Shown piece by piece: positions 36,944 to 50,420 of a stretch of 64,000 bases of DNA. Every line of letters starts with the position of its first letter. Position 1 is the first letter of the stretch. Source of the stretch: Perna viridis (taxonomy: Eukaryota); NCBI GenBank assembly GCA_037379345.1, contig CM074518.1, forward strand, positions 27,404,001 to 27,468,000, in the 5' to 3' direction. A program made the position numbers and the translations under genes. The notes under the pieces are model-generated. The model did not search any database, was not told where the DNA came from, and was given only the letters and a program-made list of their open reading frames with translations.

Positions 36944-37320
36944 TTTTAGCGAGCGCCGCAAAGCAGTGTTAACTCTACCATTATTACGAGTACTTTCTAA
37001 ATTTCCCGTAAGGTTCCCCAATATACTAACGAAAAAAAGTCATGTCCCGGAAGTAACAAAAAGTTACAGTCCTTACGGAGAAAATTCATCATTTCCTTCC
37101 ATCAAACAAATAAAAAATATATAGGTTAAGATTACATTTCAGTAAAAATAGATTCATGTTTTCTGATAGTTTTCAAGTCTTTTCCTAATTTGTTTTACTT
37201 ATTTAAAGAAGTGAATGTTATGTTTATGTTTATAAAAACTTTGGGAAACATGTGGATGTACGTACGTACATGTATTGTAGAGCTCATGGTGCTCGCCATT
37301 TTAGGCAATGCCTACCCCAT
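36944..37320 (+). mobile_element. Helentron-type non-autonomous element, family 2, internally deleted copy
   Basis: Matches 58376-58690 and then jumps to the 59289-59328 end. It has subterminal inverted repeats AGCGAGCGCC / GGTGCTCGC and a 3' palindrome TAGGCAATGCCTA. Confidence 0.75.
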
Positions 37321-37538
37321 ATTATTTAATTAGGAGAGGTAGCAGCCAATGTGCTTAAGCACACTGCATCAGTGACTTGAATGAGTGCGTTGCTGTGAGG
37401 CTTTACAACATATTTTTATTTGTTGATTGAAATTCAGTTGATAGTCTATATTGATCCCCAGTAATTTGACAACATCATCACAGGTTATTATAGCCGACTA
37501 AATTTTAAAAACAGGCTTTGTATTATGAGTTTCATTAC

Positions 37539-37743
37539 CTATAGCAATACTAGTGAAAGTGACAGTACTCAGAGTCAGACAGTAGTAACACGATTATTAT
37601 TGTGATTTTGGTGTGCGGGATTGAGTATTAGTTGTAGTGAGTGGTTAATTAAATCACAAATTATGAATATAATTCATGCAAAGGAAAAAAATACAGTCTT
37701 TACAGATGTGGATTTTGAATTTTCCGCCCCTTCAACCGGAAGT
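37539..37743 (-). promoter_or_regulatory. Putative promoter and non-coding first exon of the RhoGEF: CDE-CHR (37729-37714), ETS site (37736-37743), candidate donor after 37539
   Basis: The minus strand reads GGGCGG-AAAA-TTCAAA, a CDE, 4-nt spacer and TTYRAA CHR, with CCGGAAGT adjacent. A TAG|GTAATG donor lies downstream. The ATG exon begins with an acceptor (TTTTCTTTCAG, exon start 36519), so an upstream exon is expected. Confidence 0.5.
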
Positions 37744-40168
37744 TCTCGCTCATGTAATCTTGAAATACTTTCAGATTTTTAATTCGATAAATTCAACCAT
37801 TCAGATTATATATCAACATATTAGTAAATTCTTTGGCTTTAAGAATCAAATTGAAATTATATTAAAGATTAAATTTACTTGATTTTGATCAAATCTTGAA
37901 TTGAGATTAAGAAATACTAAATTTGTCGTGAATCGGAAGAGTTCAGAAAGAATTCCGGATGACCAACAATGGGTTGAAGTTTCCCCGGGAAAATCTTGTT
38001 ATGATAGCTGGAAATCAAACAATTTATAGTATGACATATTTCAGTGATACTACAAGATAAACAGTCGATTTATTTATTGTGCATTTGAAGTTTCTTTGAA
38101 TTTTGAAGTGTTCAACTCCTTTAAAATTTGATTTTTTGTCATCATTACATTAGTTACTCTGCCATGGTTCTTGAAAAAAAATTACAGACAAAACGTCTTG
38201 TTCACTTGGTAATAGTGATTACAACTAGACCTTCTGCAAAGATGCAGCTTTAGTGGGGAGTGCAAAGAAAACATGCATTTGCAAGTATTAAAATGGGGTG
38301 CAGAATGATTAAACATCCCTGGGTTTGTAATGATTGTTGTGTTGCATAGAGAATGCAATAGATGTACACCAATGTATTTTCCCATGGTTTTTGTACTGAA
38401 TTTTCTTTCAACTGAATGCAATAAAAATAGTGTCTCCAATGACTGTTTAAAATCTAACACTGTCATGAACATCTAAAATCAAACTCAAGTCATGAAAGAG
38501 CCTTTAATGTTTGATTTATAGCTATTATATACCATTATCAATTGTTGTCCCTTTTGTCTGAAACTCTGTTTCAGAGTAAAAACAGTATTGAAATGACTGA
38601 ATTTAAAATAGATGAAAATCCTAGGGGACATTGGCTGTGTATTTTGGTAGGGAAGTACATTGTACGTCAAGAGGTTTTATTACTCTAGTGATTCATATGC
38701 ATTGATGCATTATGAATTTTTGGGAAAAACACACCCTGTTCATTCATAGAGGTCAAGTTGCTTTTTAAAAATCTATCACATTCAAATACTTTACTGCATG
38801 TGAACTATATTAGAAACAATACTGCAATTTCCTCTTATATATTTAATGTATTATTCTCTGCTATTGATAATCACATCACAAGCCAAATTAAGTCAAGGGT
38901 CAGGAAACCATTCTATTTATCAGGTTCATAATCCAATTAAATATCCTAAAAATCCTTATATTTTGTGACCTTAAAAAGTAAACCCATTCTAGTCACATTT
39001 ACATATACATTGTATTCATCTAAACAAGGTGTTGCCATCTGTGATATAAAATTTTAAAGCAATAAAAGTATTTGTGGTTCAAAACAAATAAATGTATTCT
39101 TAAAATACACGTACACTTTCTAAAATTATATAATTTTTTGTAAACTTTTATTTCAAAGAAATATGAATACTAAATTATCTCTGCTGACGATGGCTAATGA
39201 ACCTACAACTATCTGTCACAGTAATCAAGTGATAATATGAGAATTTATTGGTTAACACGAGATTCTGTTTGTTTTCAGTCGATGTATACTCAATATAATG
39301 GACAATTTTAGTCTTTGTTTCACAGGTTAAGAAGTACAATATTGTATCATACTTTTTATTCCTACAACTTAATTCCACAAAAGTCATTGAAGTGTTATAA
39401 TTATCCTACTACAAATGTACATGCAACCTTTAAGTCAAGCTAGACATCCTTAATCATCCTCTACAGATATTTTATGCATTTCAGAATAAGTAACTGTTAG
39501 GTTTAACTTTGTGACCTAACGCTATTACATTTAGGTACAATAATACTATTGTCTATATTTATACCCCCTGCTAAGAAAGTTTGAGGGATATAGTTTTTAC
39601 CCTGCCTATCTGTCTGTCAGTCTGTCTGTCTGAAATTTTTTACTTAGGAGCTTGCAGCATTGTTTTGAAACTTCATGGGATGTAATACTACAACTGTTTG
39701 ACATTTTTCAACAAAACTTGGTCTCATATAGTGTCTGCTTCTCCCCCTTAACCACTTGCAGGATTGTTATGAAACTTAATGGGATGTTAAATGACCTCAT
39801 TGGAGATGTGATACTGTCAGGAATTTAACGTTTGAACACAAATTGTAGGAATGATGACCGTTGGAAATTAGGCTCTTTTAAGCAAAACTTGGTCTATTTC
39901 TAAGGCAAACCAGAAAAAAAATCACTTATGGTTTTAATGAAGAATTCAATTTCATACATATATTCAACTGTTTCTATATATAGTCTTATAAAATTTCCAA
40001 AGATAATATTCAGTACCAATATATATGTGTAGTGACTGTAGTCTTATAGAATTTCCATTGACAATTATTTTCATTTTTTCATAGATACAGGTTCATAATA
40101 GTAATGGGATGAAGTGATAAAACACCCTCTACACACCAACAGTGTAATGAGAGTATTGAAGAGTGAAT

Positions 40169-40666
40169 ATTATAGCTCACTGGAGTTCCTTGGCCTTGAT
40201 TGTAAGTACATGTACCTGTATTATAGCTCACTGTAGTTCCTTGGCCTTGATTGTAAGCATCTGTATTATACCTCACAGAAGTTCATTGACCTTGTATGTA
40301 AGTATACCTGTATTAAAGCTCACTGGAGTTCTTTTGCCTTGATTGTAAGTACCTGTAATATAGCTCACTGAAGTTCCTTGGCCTTGATTGTAAGTACCTG
40401 TAATATAGCTCACTGAAGTTCCTTGGCCTTGATTGTTAGTATCTGTATTATAGCTCACTGAAGTTCCTTGGCCTTGTTTGTAAGTACCTGTATTATAGTT
40501 CACTGAAGTTCCTTGGCCTTGTTTGTAAGTACCTGTATTATAGTTCACTGAAGTTCCTTGGCCTTGTTTGTAAGTACCTGTATTATAGTTCACTGAAGTT
40601 TTTTGGCCTTGTTTGTAAGTATGCCTGTATTATAGCTGACTGGAGTTCTTTGGCTTTGCTTGTAAG
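40169..40666. repeat. 45-bp minisatellite, about 11 copies
   Basis: Unit GTACCTGTATTATAG(C/T)TCACTGAAGTTCCTTGGCCTTG(A/T)TTGTAA. Confidence 0.93.
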
Positions 40667-43600
40667 AATATGTATTATATTGAATATAAACAGAGGATAT
40701 AATCATATAATTACAACACATACTCTTGAACCTTGATGTGTTGAACTCAAATGAACCAAAAACACAGTTTACACTGACAAACAGAGATATGTTGATTTCT
40801 GTAGATTTGTATATTTTTGTTGTGAGTATGATAATTCTTCAAGCCCTCATTGTCTTCTAATGGTTTCTAGTCAATTATGTTTGTAATATTTTTTGTGTCT
40901 GTACAACTTTGAAATGTGTGTCAGACTAGTACATGTACAAAGCAGATTTTTTTTAATTGGTCAATGTTCACATCCTGAAATGTGTGAAATTTTCCCCATA
41001 AGACCTTAAATCATAATCAGTCAATTAATCAAACTTGTTTCTGATGACAGTAAGATAATCACTGGGCCTTCAATCATACAACAGAACAATGTGCTGATGG
41101 CTGTCATGATCCTATTGTGAGTATGGCTTTAGTTTAGAAAACATACCAGTAATGCATACTGATAACATGATCTATTATCAGTTTGATTAAGCAGGCTTCA
41201 CCTTTTCACTCCTTGTTAGTATAAGGGTCCAATATGACATTGCCAGATTTATGCATGGAGGACACAAATAGGAGACTGACCTAAAAAAATGTAGTTCTTC
41301 ATAAAATAGGAAAATTCTTTGAATATCTTCTAAGCAGTATAGTTCTCAGATCTGATTTTTTTGTGCTTAAAAGAGGATTTTCACTTCTTTAAATCCTGAA
41401 CCAGTCAAATGCATAACAACACCTGTTTTTAAATCCTGTGTTATGAGAAAATTTACTGTTGTGATTCTTCTTTTTTAAGAATATTTGTTTGCAATTTTGC
41501 CAATTTACGCTTTGTTTGTTGACCTGGTAAAATCAGGTCTTGAGTTCTTCTTAAATTCTAATTTGATGAATAAAAGGGTCATTTGACTGTTGACATGTTT
41601 AAAAAGAATTTTATCAAATATCTTTTGACAGGGGTACCTAACGTTTTCTCTAAAATATATTTGGCTCTTTTAAATTTCTTGAAATTTTATTTTATGTTTA
41701 ACTTTGATAAAAGAATAAAATATATGAATTTCAAGAAATTTTAACAACATGTTTCATGGGAAATATTTATATGAATATAAATAAGCTGATCAACACAACT
41801 TTTGATCACTAAGATGCATTGAGTTGGATATCAGAATGTCACCAAAAAATGTTTTGCTGAGTTATTTCCCTTTGAGCACCCTTCAATTTCCTGTTACATA
41901 TTCAAATAAGCATTAAACTCTTTCAGAACATTATTTTAATCAGTAAGTTAGGATCCACCTAGTACTTTGAAGTGTCTTAAGTAAGAAATTTCAATTTGTT
42001 CTGGTGAATTTGTGAATTGAAATTGTAATTTCTACTAGAATTAATTAGACTTTCAGTTTGTACCGTTTATCCTGCTTTATTCTAATTTGTACTGTAATGT
42101 AGCCAGAGAGCACTATTTACCAAACTCTATCTTCCTCCAACACGGAGTCAACTGGCTCTTCTAATGTCACTGAATAGTTGGAGTTAATCCCCTTTGCATA
42201 TTGAAGTTGCTGAAATTCCTTGACTATCAATAAACTGCTTTATGCAGGTTTAGCAATATATGTAGATATGCATGAAGAAACATAATTGTTGTCAGATGAC
42301 TCCAAATTAAACTTTTAAAAGTTTCACACCATGTTGAAAACTTATCTGTGTTATTCCTTGTAAACTGCTCAATAGGTTTTAATGAAATTGTGTAGGATGT
42401 TTAGGCACAATATGTTGATGTGCGTGAAGGAATGAAATTATTTTCTTTAAGTTTGCTGTTTAAGAGTGATTATCCAACCTCAGGTTTAACATTAGAGTTA
42501 TTTGAAGCAATTTTTGCAATATTTTATAATAAAATTTTCCAGAAATATCTTGTTCATAGATTTCTGATCCCTCAATTACACTTTATTTATTTACATGCTG
42601 TAAGAAACATGTACACTCCTTAAGATGTTCAGGTTTCCTGCAAGCACATTACCTAAATGCACGCTAAATGCCCACCAAATGAACACTCTCAGCATGCATT
42701 TAAACGCACAATAAACAAATGCTCATTGCATGCGTTTAAACGCATGATAGACGATCGATGGAAATAATAATATTAAAAAATAATGAATAAAGAAAAAATA
42801 GTAAATTTCAATAATGAAAAAACATGAAATAATAATAGCTAAATATAAAAATAACAGTTTAATAAAGGAAGTAAGGAATGTAAAAAAATAAACAAACGCT
42901 ACTATGCCTGTATTGTACATTTAAACAAATACTCCTATCATGCATTTAAACGAATGCTCCCAGCATACCAACCCTTGTATTGTGTGTTTAAACCAACACT
43001 TGTATCGTGCATTTAAAGATACACTCCTAGCGTATGTTTATTTTGCCTTTAAACGAACACAAAATGATGTGTAAATGCACAATAAATGATGCACACATGT
43101 TAAAACGGGGAAAGTGAACGTTTCAAGGAGTGAAGCTGTTGAAAAAGATTTGCATGATATACTGTACAATCAGATATTTTCAAGAGATCTGGTTAATTAA
43201 ACCACCTTTTTCCCATTATATACCAGTAGTCATAATTTCCCCCCAAAAAGCATGCTTATTCAAGCAAATGTCAATAGAAATTAATCATGCCTTAATAATT
43301 TGAAATAGTCAATGCTGTTGAAATAGCCAGTGGCTATTCATTGTTTCTATCTATGACAGTAAAACTTGACAAAAACAAACTCTTTCAGAACTTATGATGT
43401 TTTTGGTTTAGGCAGGCATTGGAATTTGAATAGGTGTAAAACAGAAAAAAAAGTATTCTCTGAAGACTAAGCAGATGCATGATTTAGACAGGTTTCCAGT
43501 TTATTCAGGGTTGTCTATAGACAGATTTTGTTGCATTGTTTTCCCCCCATTTATTGAAGTAGTTAAAATGCAAAGTATTTCCCATTATTATTTAATTTGA

Positions 43601-44305
43601 ACCATATGCAGATGTGTTTGACCTTTTCTAATGAAACATATAAAAGTTTATATAATTGATACTGTTATGATTCATATCATTATACCCCCACTTGAAGTGG
43701 TTTTGTTTGCTATTCAGTAGTCTTTTTAAATGTATTTTTAATGAGAAGTTACTTTCCTTCAAATGTTCCTTATTAGTAGAATTTTGCTAGTTGTGTTTGG
43801 AATTTTTATCGTCCCCTTGCAAACAACTTTTAAGGTTACATTGACATTAACATGTCTGCCTTTTCATCATTTGTCACTTAATACTATATGATACAAGAGT
43901 GCAATTATTTGTAATGCATTTTGCCCAGGGTACCCACGTAGTTTGAAAATTAACTTAAAGAAAACCACACAAATTAGGAAAAAATGGGTTTTAGTTCCTG
44001 AAACTAGAAAAGCGTGGCTTTTATTTGCACAAAAAAAGGTATATGGTCATGCAGCAAAAAAATGATCTAAATTTAAGTTGTTATGGACACTTGAAAATTC
44101 AGCCCAAAATACACTGGGAAAAATATGAAGCACCTGGACTTCATTTATGAGAAATTATTTCAACACTATAACAATTTATTAATTATTACTAAAATTAACT
44201 CAATTATAAATGAGTAAGCTTTGAAATGAAAATAAATTTCAAGCCATATTCAACCAATCAGGTACAACCTTGAATTCAATACTCAGTACCATGCTGGGGT
44301 AAAAA

Positions 44306-44816
44306 TGTTTGTTTGTTTGTTAGGGTTTAATGTCCGAGCAGCAATATTTCAACTATATTCAGACAATGAACATGAAATGGATGATATAATGAACATGAAA
44401 TGATAAAAAAAAGGATGGGTCACAAGGACAACAGGGTCGACAAATTTTGATTGCCACTAGAAAAAGGGGGGATGGGTAAGGTTGGGTAATTTAGCCTCCT
44501 GTGGCGGAGCGCAAAGGTTCCTACTCCTATCGAATACCACAGCAGGGTTGTTTAACGTGCGAGGAACGTGGCATCTTTCCCAACACGGTGCACCACTATG
44601 GTTTGTGGTCAGGTTTTCCGTATTATAGCCTGACAACCCCAGCATGTAACATGCCAAGGGTACCCCATTCCACCACCTGGGGCACACATCCCAGTTGCTC
44701 TGTGGGCAGAGCGCCTAACTCCCGGCTAGGTTTCTGAGCACTATTTAGTCGCCTTATACGACAAGCTTAGCGCTGCTGCAGGCCTATTCTTTTAAACACC
44801 TGGACCTGCACGGGGA
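44306..44816 (-). mobile_element. Full-length SINE-like retroposon, second copy
   Basis: 12-bp TSD CTGGGGTAAAAA (44294-44305 and 44817-44828); colinear with 9577-10098 from end to end. Confidence 0.9.
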
Positions 44817-44819
44817 CTG

Positions 44820-44850
<31 letters not shown>

Positions 44851-44914
44851 GATCCTGGTAGAATGTAAACAAATAATTGTGCTATTATATCCAACATACA
44901 AGACCTTATCATAG

Positions 44915-45082
44915 GAGGTATTTAATGTGATAAATAATTCTATAAACGGTAAATCTCCCGGTATAGACGATATTCAAGTTGAACTGTACAAATACCCCAC
45001 TGCACTTGACGCTTTGACTCGTACATTCAATATATGTTATGATAGAAGTAAATGTCCAGTTATGTGGACAAAGGGGTTATAT
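44915..45082 (+). mobile_element. LINE reverse-transcriptase N-terminal fragment
   Basis: Translates to EVFNVINNSINGKSPGIDDIQVELYKYPTALDALTRTFNICYDRSKCPVMWTKG, the K.PG.D.I..E...FN.C......P..W..G motif that precedes non-LTR RT domains. Confidence 0.8.
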
Positions 45083-47187
45083 GAAACTTAATAGGAAAGT
45101 TTGTTGTAATGAAGATGTGCATGAAGGAATATCATACTGATCTGGAAGTCTTCACTGCTCAAAAGGGCTACTTCTTTTCAGCCACCTAATGGATTTTTAT
45201 GAAACTTAATAGGAAGGCTTGATATCATATGAAAATTACTATGGTTACCGTTACATATTATTAAAAAGGCCAAGTAAGGAAAAAGGTTTCTTGTAAATTT
45301 TGTAAGCCTGTTCACAGTACTTCTTGTCATAAAAATACAAACATTGATATAGCTAACGACCAATTCTGGAAAATAGCATTTCTCACCTGTATATACTTGT
45401 ACATGAATTCAACAAAAATAAAACAATCAGCCATTGCAGTAATAAAAATCTGGAGTGGTAATAATATTTGTAACAACAACAAGAAATTTAATTAAACCCA
45501 CCAAAAAGAGTTGACTTAGCTCTTGTAATGTTTGACTAAAGCACAGCTGATAATGGGTTAATAGAAAATTAGCTAATTCTTCCTCATCAAATTAAGCTGT
45601 ATAACCATCTTAGTAAACATTTAAATAGCAGTCTGAATAAAAATCTGGCAGGAGGTAATTCTTGTAGATAAAAAACTATCAAATTCACTGATTTTTTTCT
45701 CATTCAGAAACAGTTACAGAACCACATATCTGTTATAGTTGGTCATTCGACTATTGCACTTTTCAGATAAAAATTATATACACAGGTTGTACATTTGTGT
45801 ATGAAGTTGGTGCTCTGCAACAGTCTTGTTCTTAATTTGGTTGATTTATGTGGGAGATGAATGTATTGCTTTCTCAAAAATACAGATCTGAACACAGAAG
45901 CTATAAAGATATCATAAAAATATAGTATATGTAGACTGACAAAACGTTTGTTCGATGGGTATTTCTGCAACATGAAAAGCCTCTACTATAGGTAGTGTCT
46001 GACTCTTATATGGATTTGTACTTAACAAGGAGAACAATTACCAAGTAAATTGGAAGGCTTGTTTCTTAAATTGTTTAGTAGTTGGCTAATTATAACTATG
46101 ACTGTAAATGTGATTCCTTTTAGGATAGTTATAATTTCAGCAGAACTTAAAATTTCAATACTAGTAATATTTTTTGTATTTGCTTGAATGAAATTCACTT
46201 TGTGGGTTTTAAGTGTAATAGTAGAAAGGTTCATCTGTTTATGAAGTTGCTGGAGTTTCATGAAATTTGACAGTTTTGTTGATCACCATAAAATTCAGTT
46301 GGAGAGATGAATTGCTTTATGGCATTACTAATGATTTAAACATTTACAGCACCAATCCTCTTTAAGTTTTTTCCATCTGAAATGGATTTCCCAGATTTTT
46401 GTGTTTTTAGAATTGATAGAAAGAGACTTTGTAAAGATTAGTAATATTAAGTTCCAGACCATATGTAAAATGCAGACACTGCCTGTCGTAGGTTTATGGT
46501 ATAGAAAAATCCACCAAACATATGATGCTTTTTCAGTCTATACGTGCTATACTTTCACGTAACAATAGCCTTTCCTGTATTTCTGTATATGTATTTTTGA
46601 GAACACCATACATTCATCTCCCACTATAACCAAACAAATTAACCCAAATCAAGAACAATAACTCTTGAAAACTGCCAAATCCATACCATATCTATATAAT
46701 TTTTATATTGCAAATGCACCAATGCATGCACAAATCACTTCCTGTGTTGTTTTTTTTTTAATAAAGATTGCTACTTAAGGCTAGAGCCAAGCCAAGAACA
46801 GAGGCATGCTGTCTTTCAGGAAAACTCTCCTATAGTATTGAGAATTTAAACAAAAAGAAATGAATCATACCTGGTATACATAATGTAGCAATAAAACATT
46901 TAGCACTGCACTAAATAAGACATAAAATACTATTCCTAATATATTAATATTGAAATTTGAAATGTCATTTGACTGCTTACTACATTTACAGCAAATACAA
47001 TGATGCTGTTAAGAGGATCAGGCTGATCTTTGTTTGATTAAACGATAATCCCCTGATGAACTGGATTTGGTAGCAAACTAGCTTTCTATCGTACACAGAT
47101 TGAAATAGTATTGGAATGATAGAAAGTTGTAATCTCTGTCCAGTTAACCATCAAAGAAAGTTCATCAGTTGATTGTCATTCTATCAA

Positions 47188-47375
47188 GAGTAATCAAGGG
47201 AACCAAGATTCTGGCGGAAATCAAAAGAATGCAATTAAGGATAAAGAAAAGACAGGGAAAATACACACATACAACATGAAATAACCAACATAATATGCAA
47301 TAAAAACAAAAGCAAATGAGCAACGTGGGCTCCACTAAAAACTGGGAGCATGGACTAGGTGCACTGGTAGGGAAA
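47188..47375 (-). mobile_element. Interspersed repeat, same family as 8405 and 60037 (more diverged)
   Basis: GAGTAATCAAGGGAACCAAG...AAATGAGCAAC..CTCCACTAAAAACTGGGAGCATGGAC.AGGTGCAC. Confidence 0.72.
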
Positions 47376-47778
47376 GACCAACTCTATCCCCTGAACATCA
47401 TCACTGTATATGAACAATATCATGATAATAATAGGATAATTAATTGGAAGGAGTGAATAACCAAAATACTATCATGAGTGCCGAAGAATGCCTAGATTTA
47501 ACAAGTTTGCTGAATGTGTTCCGTGCACGAGTTAAATCCTTTAGCTTTCTTGGCATGAGTGATCATATTTTGGGTATTAACAATAACCAATTAATTATCC
47601 TAATATTATTTAGATTTTCTTCATAATTTATTGATATTTTCATGAATTTTAAATTCTGTGGTTAGTGGATTGATATCAAATTTGCAATGTTTTGGCGGGA
47701 GAAAATTACTTAATTTATTTCACAGTGTGAGTTATCAAAATTTATTACACTGGAAACATTCTGTAAAACACTGCTATC

Positions 47779-48186
47779 TATTCCCTACTTGCGGAGCTCG
47801 GGATGCAGCCATATTTTATCCTGTTTTTGCAGAGTTAACTCCGGTAAGAGCAAGTATAATTTGAAGTCTCTCTAATCGATGTTCGGATTTGGGTGCAGAA
47901 AAAAGAGGTAACATGAATGAAAATGGAATCCCCAGCAGACAAACGGTGTTTCTAAAATTTACAGGGTGTTTCATTTTGTTGGTAGGTTACATAAGGATGA
48001 TTTTCATTTGTATCCCGGGTAAAGAAAATTTATGGCAGGGTCAGTAGAATGAGAAATTCCCTTTTGACTTTCGAGATTTTCTAAAGTATCGTCGATATCG
48101 GATGGAAAACCTTACATGTTCTGAATAGACACCTGCTCCAAAGGGAGATAAATGTTGACAAAATGTTGGTCCGCAAGTCGGGAATA
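47779..48186. mobile_element. MITE, inverted copy of 8834-9237
   Basis: TA-TTCCCTACTTGCGGA ... TCCGCAAGTCGGGAA-TA; the body is the reverse complement of the 8834 copy. Confidence 0.85.
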
Positions 48187-50095
48187 TAATAAATATTTTA
48201 CATCACATTGATATCTTATATTTCATGTCTTCATTGCATATACATTTACATCAAATTTTACATTTACATATCACTTTTACATTATTCATTGATATTTTAC
48301 ATTGTACTTTGCACATTTTTATTTATTTGGAAACTTTCATTCATGGTTTGACAACCTACATGACCTATGAAACCTTGGAAATTAGAATTCACAAACAATA
48401 TATCTTTTATCAGCAAGGATAAAATAGGTATTATTTTTAGGTATCCCGCCTTCCTTGAAATTTTCTGAAAACACAGATTTCCTCAATTGATATATTTTTA
48501 ATGAGGAAATCAAAACTCAAGGAGATTGGAAATAAACTTCACACTAAAACCTTCCTTTTGTGCAACAAGAGGGAAGTATGCTTGGCATACAGCATGCTTT
48601 GGTATTGACAAGTGTTGCTTAGAGTTCAATATAAACTTAAGAATCTGGCCTGAGTGTCGGAACATTTTCAATGGTTTTAAAAATGTAGTACCAGATGAGT
48701 TCCTTTGGGTTGGTCACTTGTTCAAAATTAATTGAATCTTAACTTAGTTGTCGCTCAAAAGCTGAAGTATTAACCGTGATGAAGTGATGATTTATGTATG
48801 GGTCTCCAGACAGATATACTAAGACACTTTACTAAATAAGTCCTCGTAAATTTAAACGTGAGAGTTTTATACGGAAAATGAAGTAGATAAAGAACGAGCC
48901 CAATCTGTTGACCTAGCCAGGGTCAATTACCCAGTCGACTTTATTTTAATCCCACTTTATTTACGGTAGTTATGGATAATTTTCCTGTCTCTTGTATTAA
49001 GTATAGGTCCTTGTGAAGATTAGGCAAAATGATTACATTGTATTATTGATTTTAAGTTTTTATGATTGTGTATGAACTCAACCCCATAGATAGAAATTGT
49101 TTTAGGGGATTTTGAGTGAGGTTATGAGGTAAGGGACACAACTCTTACAAATCATTGGAACGTTTGTATTCACCGTTATCAATCTCATGTAAACATCAAA
49201 GTAATTTGATGCTTACATGAGATTGATGTAAAATGGTGAAAATGGACTGATTTCATTCTGTTTCAAAGAAAAGCTTGAACAGGTTTGGTGAAATCGAATG
49301 ATGCAAACATATCACTGATTTCAGTAGTTGTCCCTTACCCTAGGTCTACTTCTTTAAATTAAAAAAATGTAACAAAGGGACTTGTAAAAACCTTTTTCAT
49401 TAACTTATATTTATGATTGGTTGTTTTAGAGTTATCAGACTCTTAAACGCTAAAATAAAAGGAGAGGAATTTCTTAGGAGTTAAATCACTTTACGACATT
49501 TACAATTATTTCATGGTGTATTGCATTTTTTTTATAGTAACATTAAATGCAAGCCTTATTGTCAAAAATGAGATTAAACTTTGATGACATTATTTTAAAA
49601 ATACTTTTCATAATATTTTGAAACTGAGAAACTGAGAATATCTTACTGCTTATCAGTGATTTCATTCAATTATAATCTACAATGATGAAATTAAAGACAT
49701 GAAAAGATACATATAACTACATGCTAATATTATGGCTTGCCCAGGAAGTGCTAACCTGAATAGCACTGATTTACAATTTGAAGAACAAATACTCTGTAAC
49801 TAAATGTGAGAATAATTTTATAATTATAAAGTAGTAGGTTTTAGGAAGGGTGTTTTTTCTTGACACTTAGAAAAGTAGTTCCGTTACATAAAACAGTGAC
49901 AATATTAACTTATTATAATGCACCAAATGAATCTGTGCCTAATAATTAATCAGAGATGTATTGATCATAACATTCAATGATTTTACTACCCATTTTAAGT
50001 GGTCAAATATTCAAATCCCTTCATTTGTTCAGTACTAACAGCCATTATTTTTCCTACCATACCACTGTTAGTCACTGGAGAAACATTTTGAACTT

Positions 50096-50420
50096 ACTGG
50101 TGAGTCATAGTTCTAATTGAAGTTTAGGTATCTATACTAGTTGTTGTTATAAAATTCTAGGGTACTTACTTTACTGGTGAACCTGACCATTGATCACAGT
50201 TTTTATTAGAGTTTAGGTATATGTACCAGCTGTTGCTATAGAAATCTAGGGTACTTACCCTGCCAGCAAACCTGACCAGTGGTCACAGTTCGTGTTTTTT
50301 TTTTTTAATTCGGGTATCTATGTGAGTTGTTGCTATAGAAATAGGGTTTTTATCCTACCAGGGAACCTGATAAATGGTCACAGATTTTATTTGAGTTTGG
50401 GTATCTATGCCAGTTGTTGT
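50096..50420. repeat. About 80-95-bp degenerate tandem repeat x4
   Basis: TCACAGTT..TTTAGGTATCTAT..AGTTGTTGCTATAGAAAT.TAGGGTACTTAC recurs four times. Confidence 0.75.

Noticed and set aside
40079-40593. Repetitive protein (NYNTGTYKQGQGTSV)n
   Set aside because: It is the translation of a 45-bp minisatellite. The frame is broken by indels and there is no signal peptide or clear splice context.
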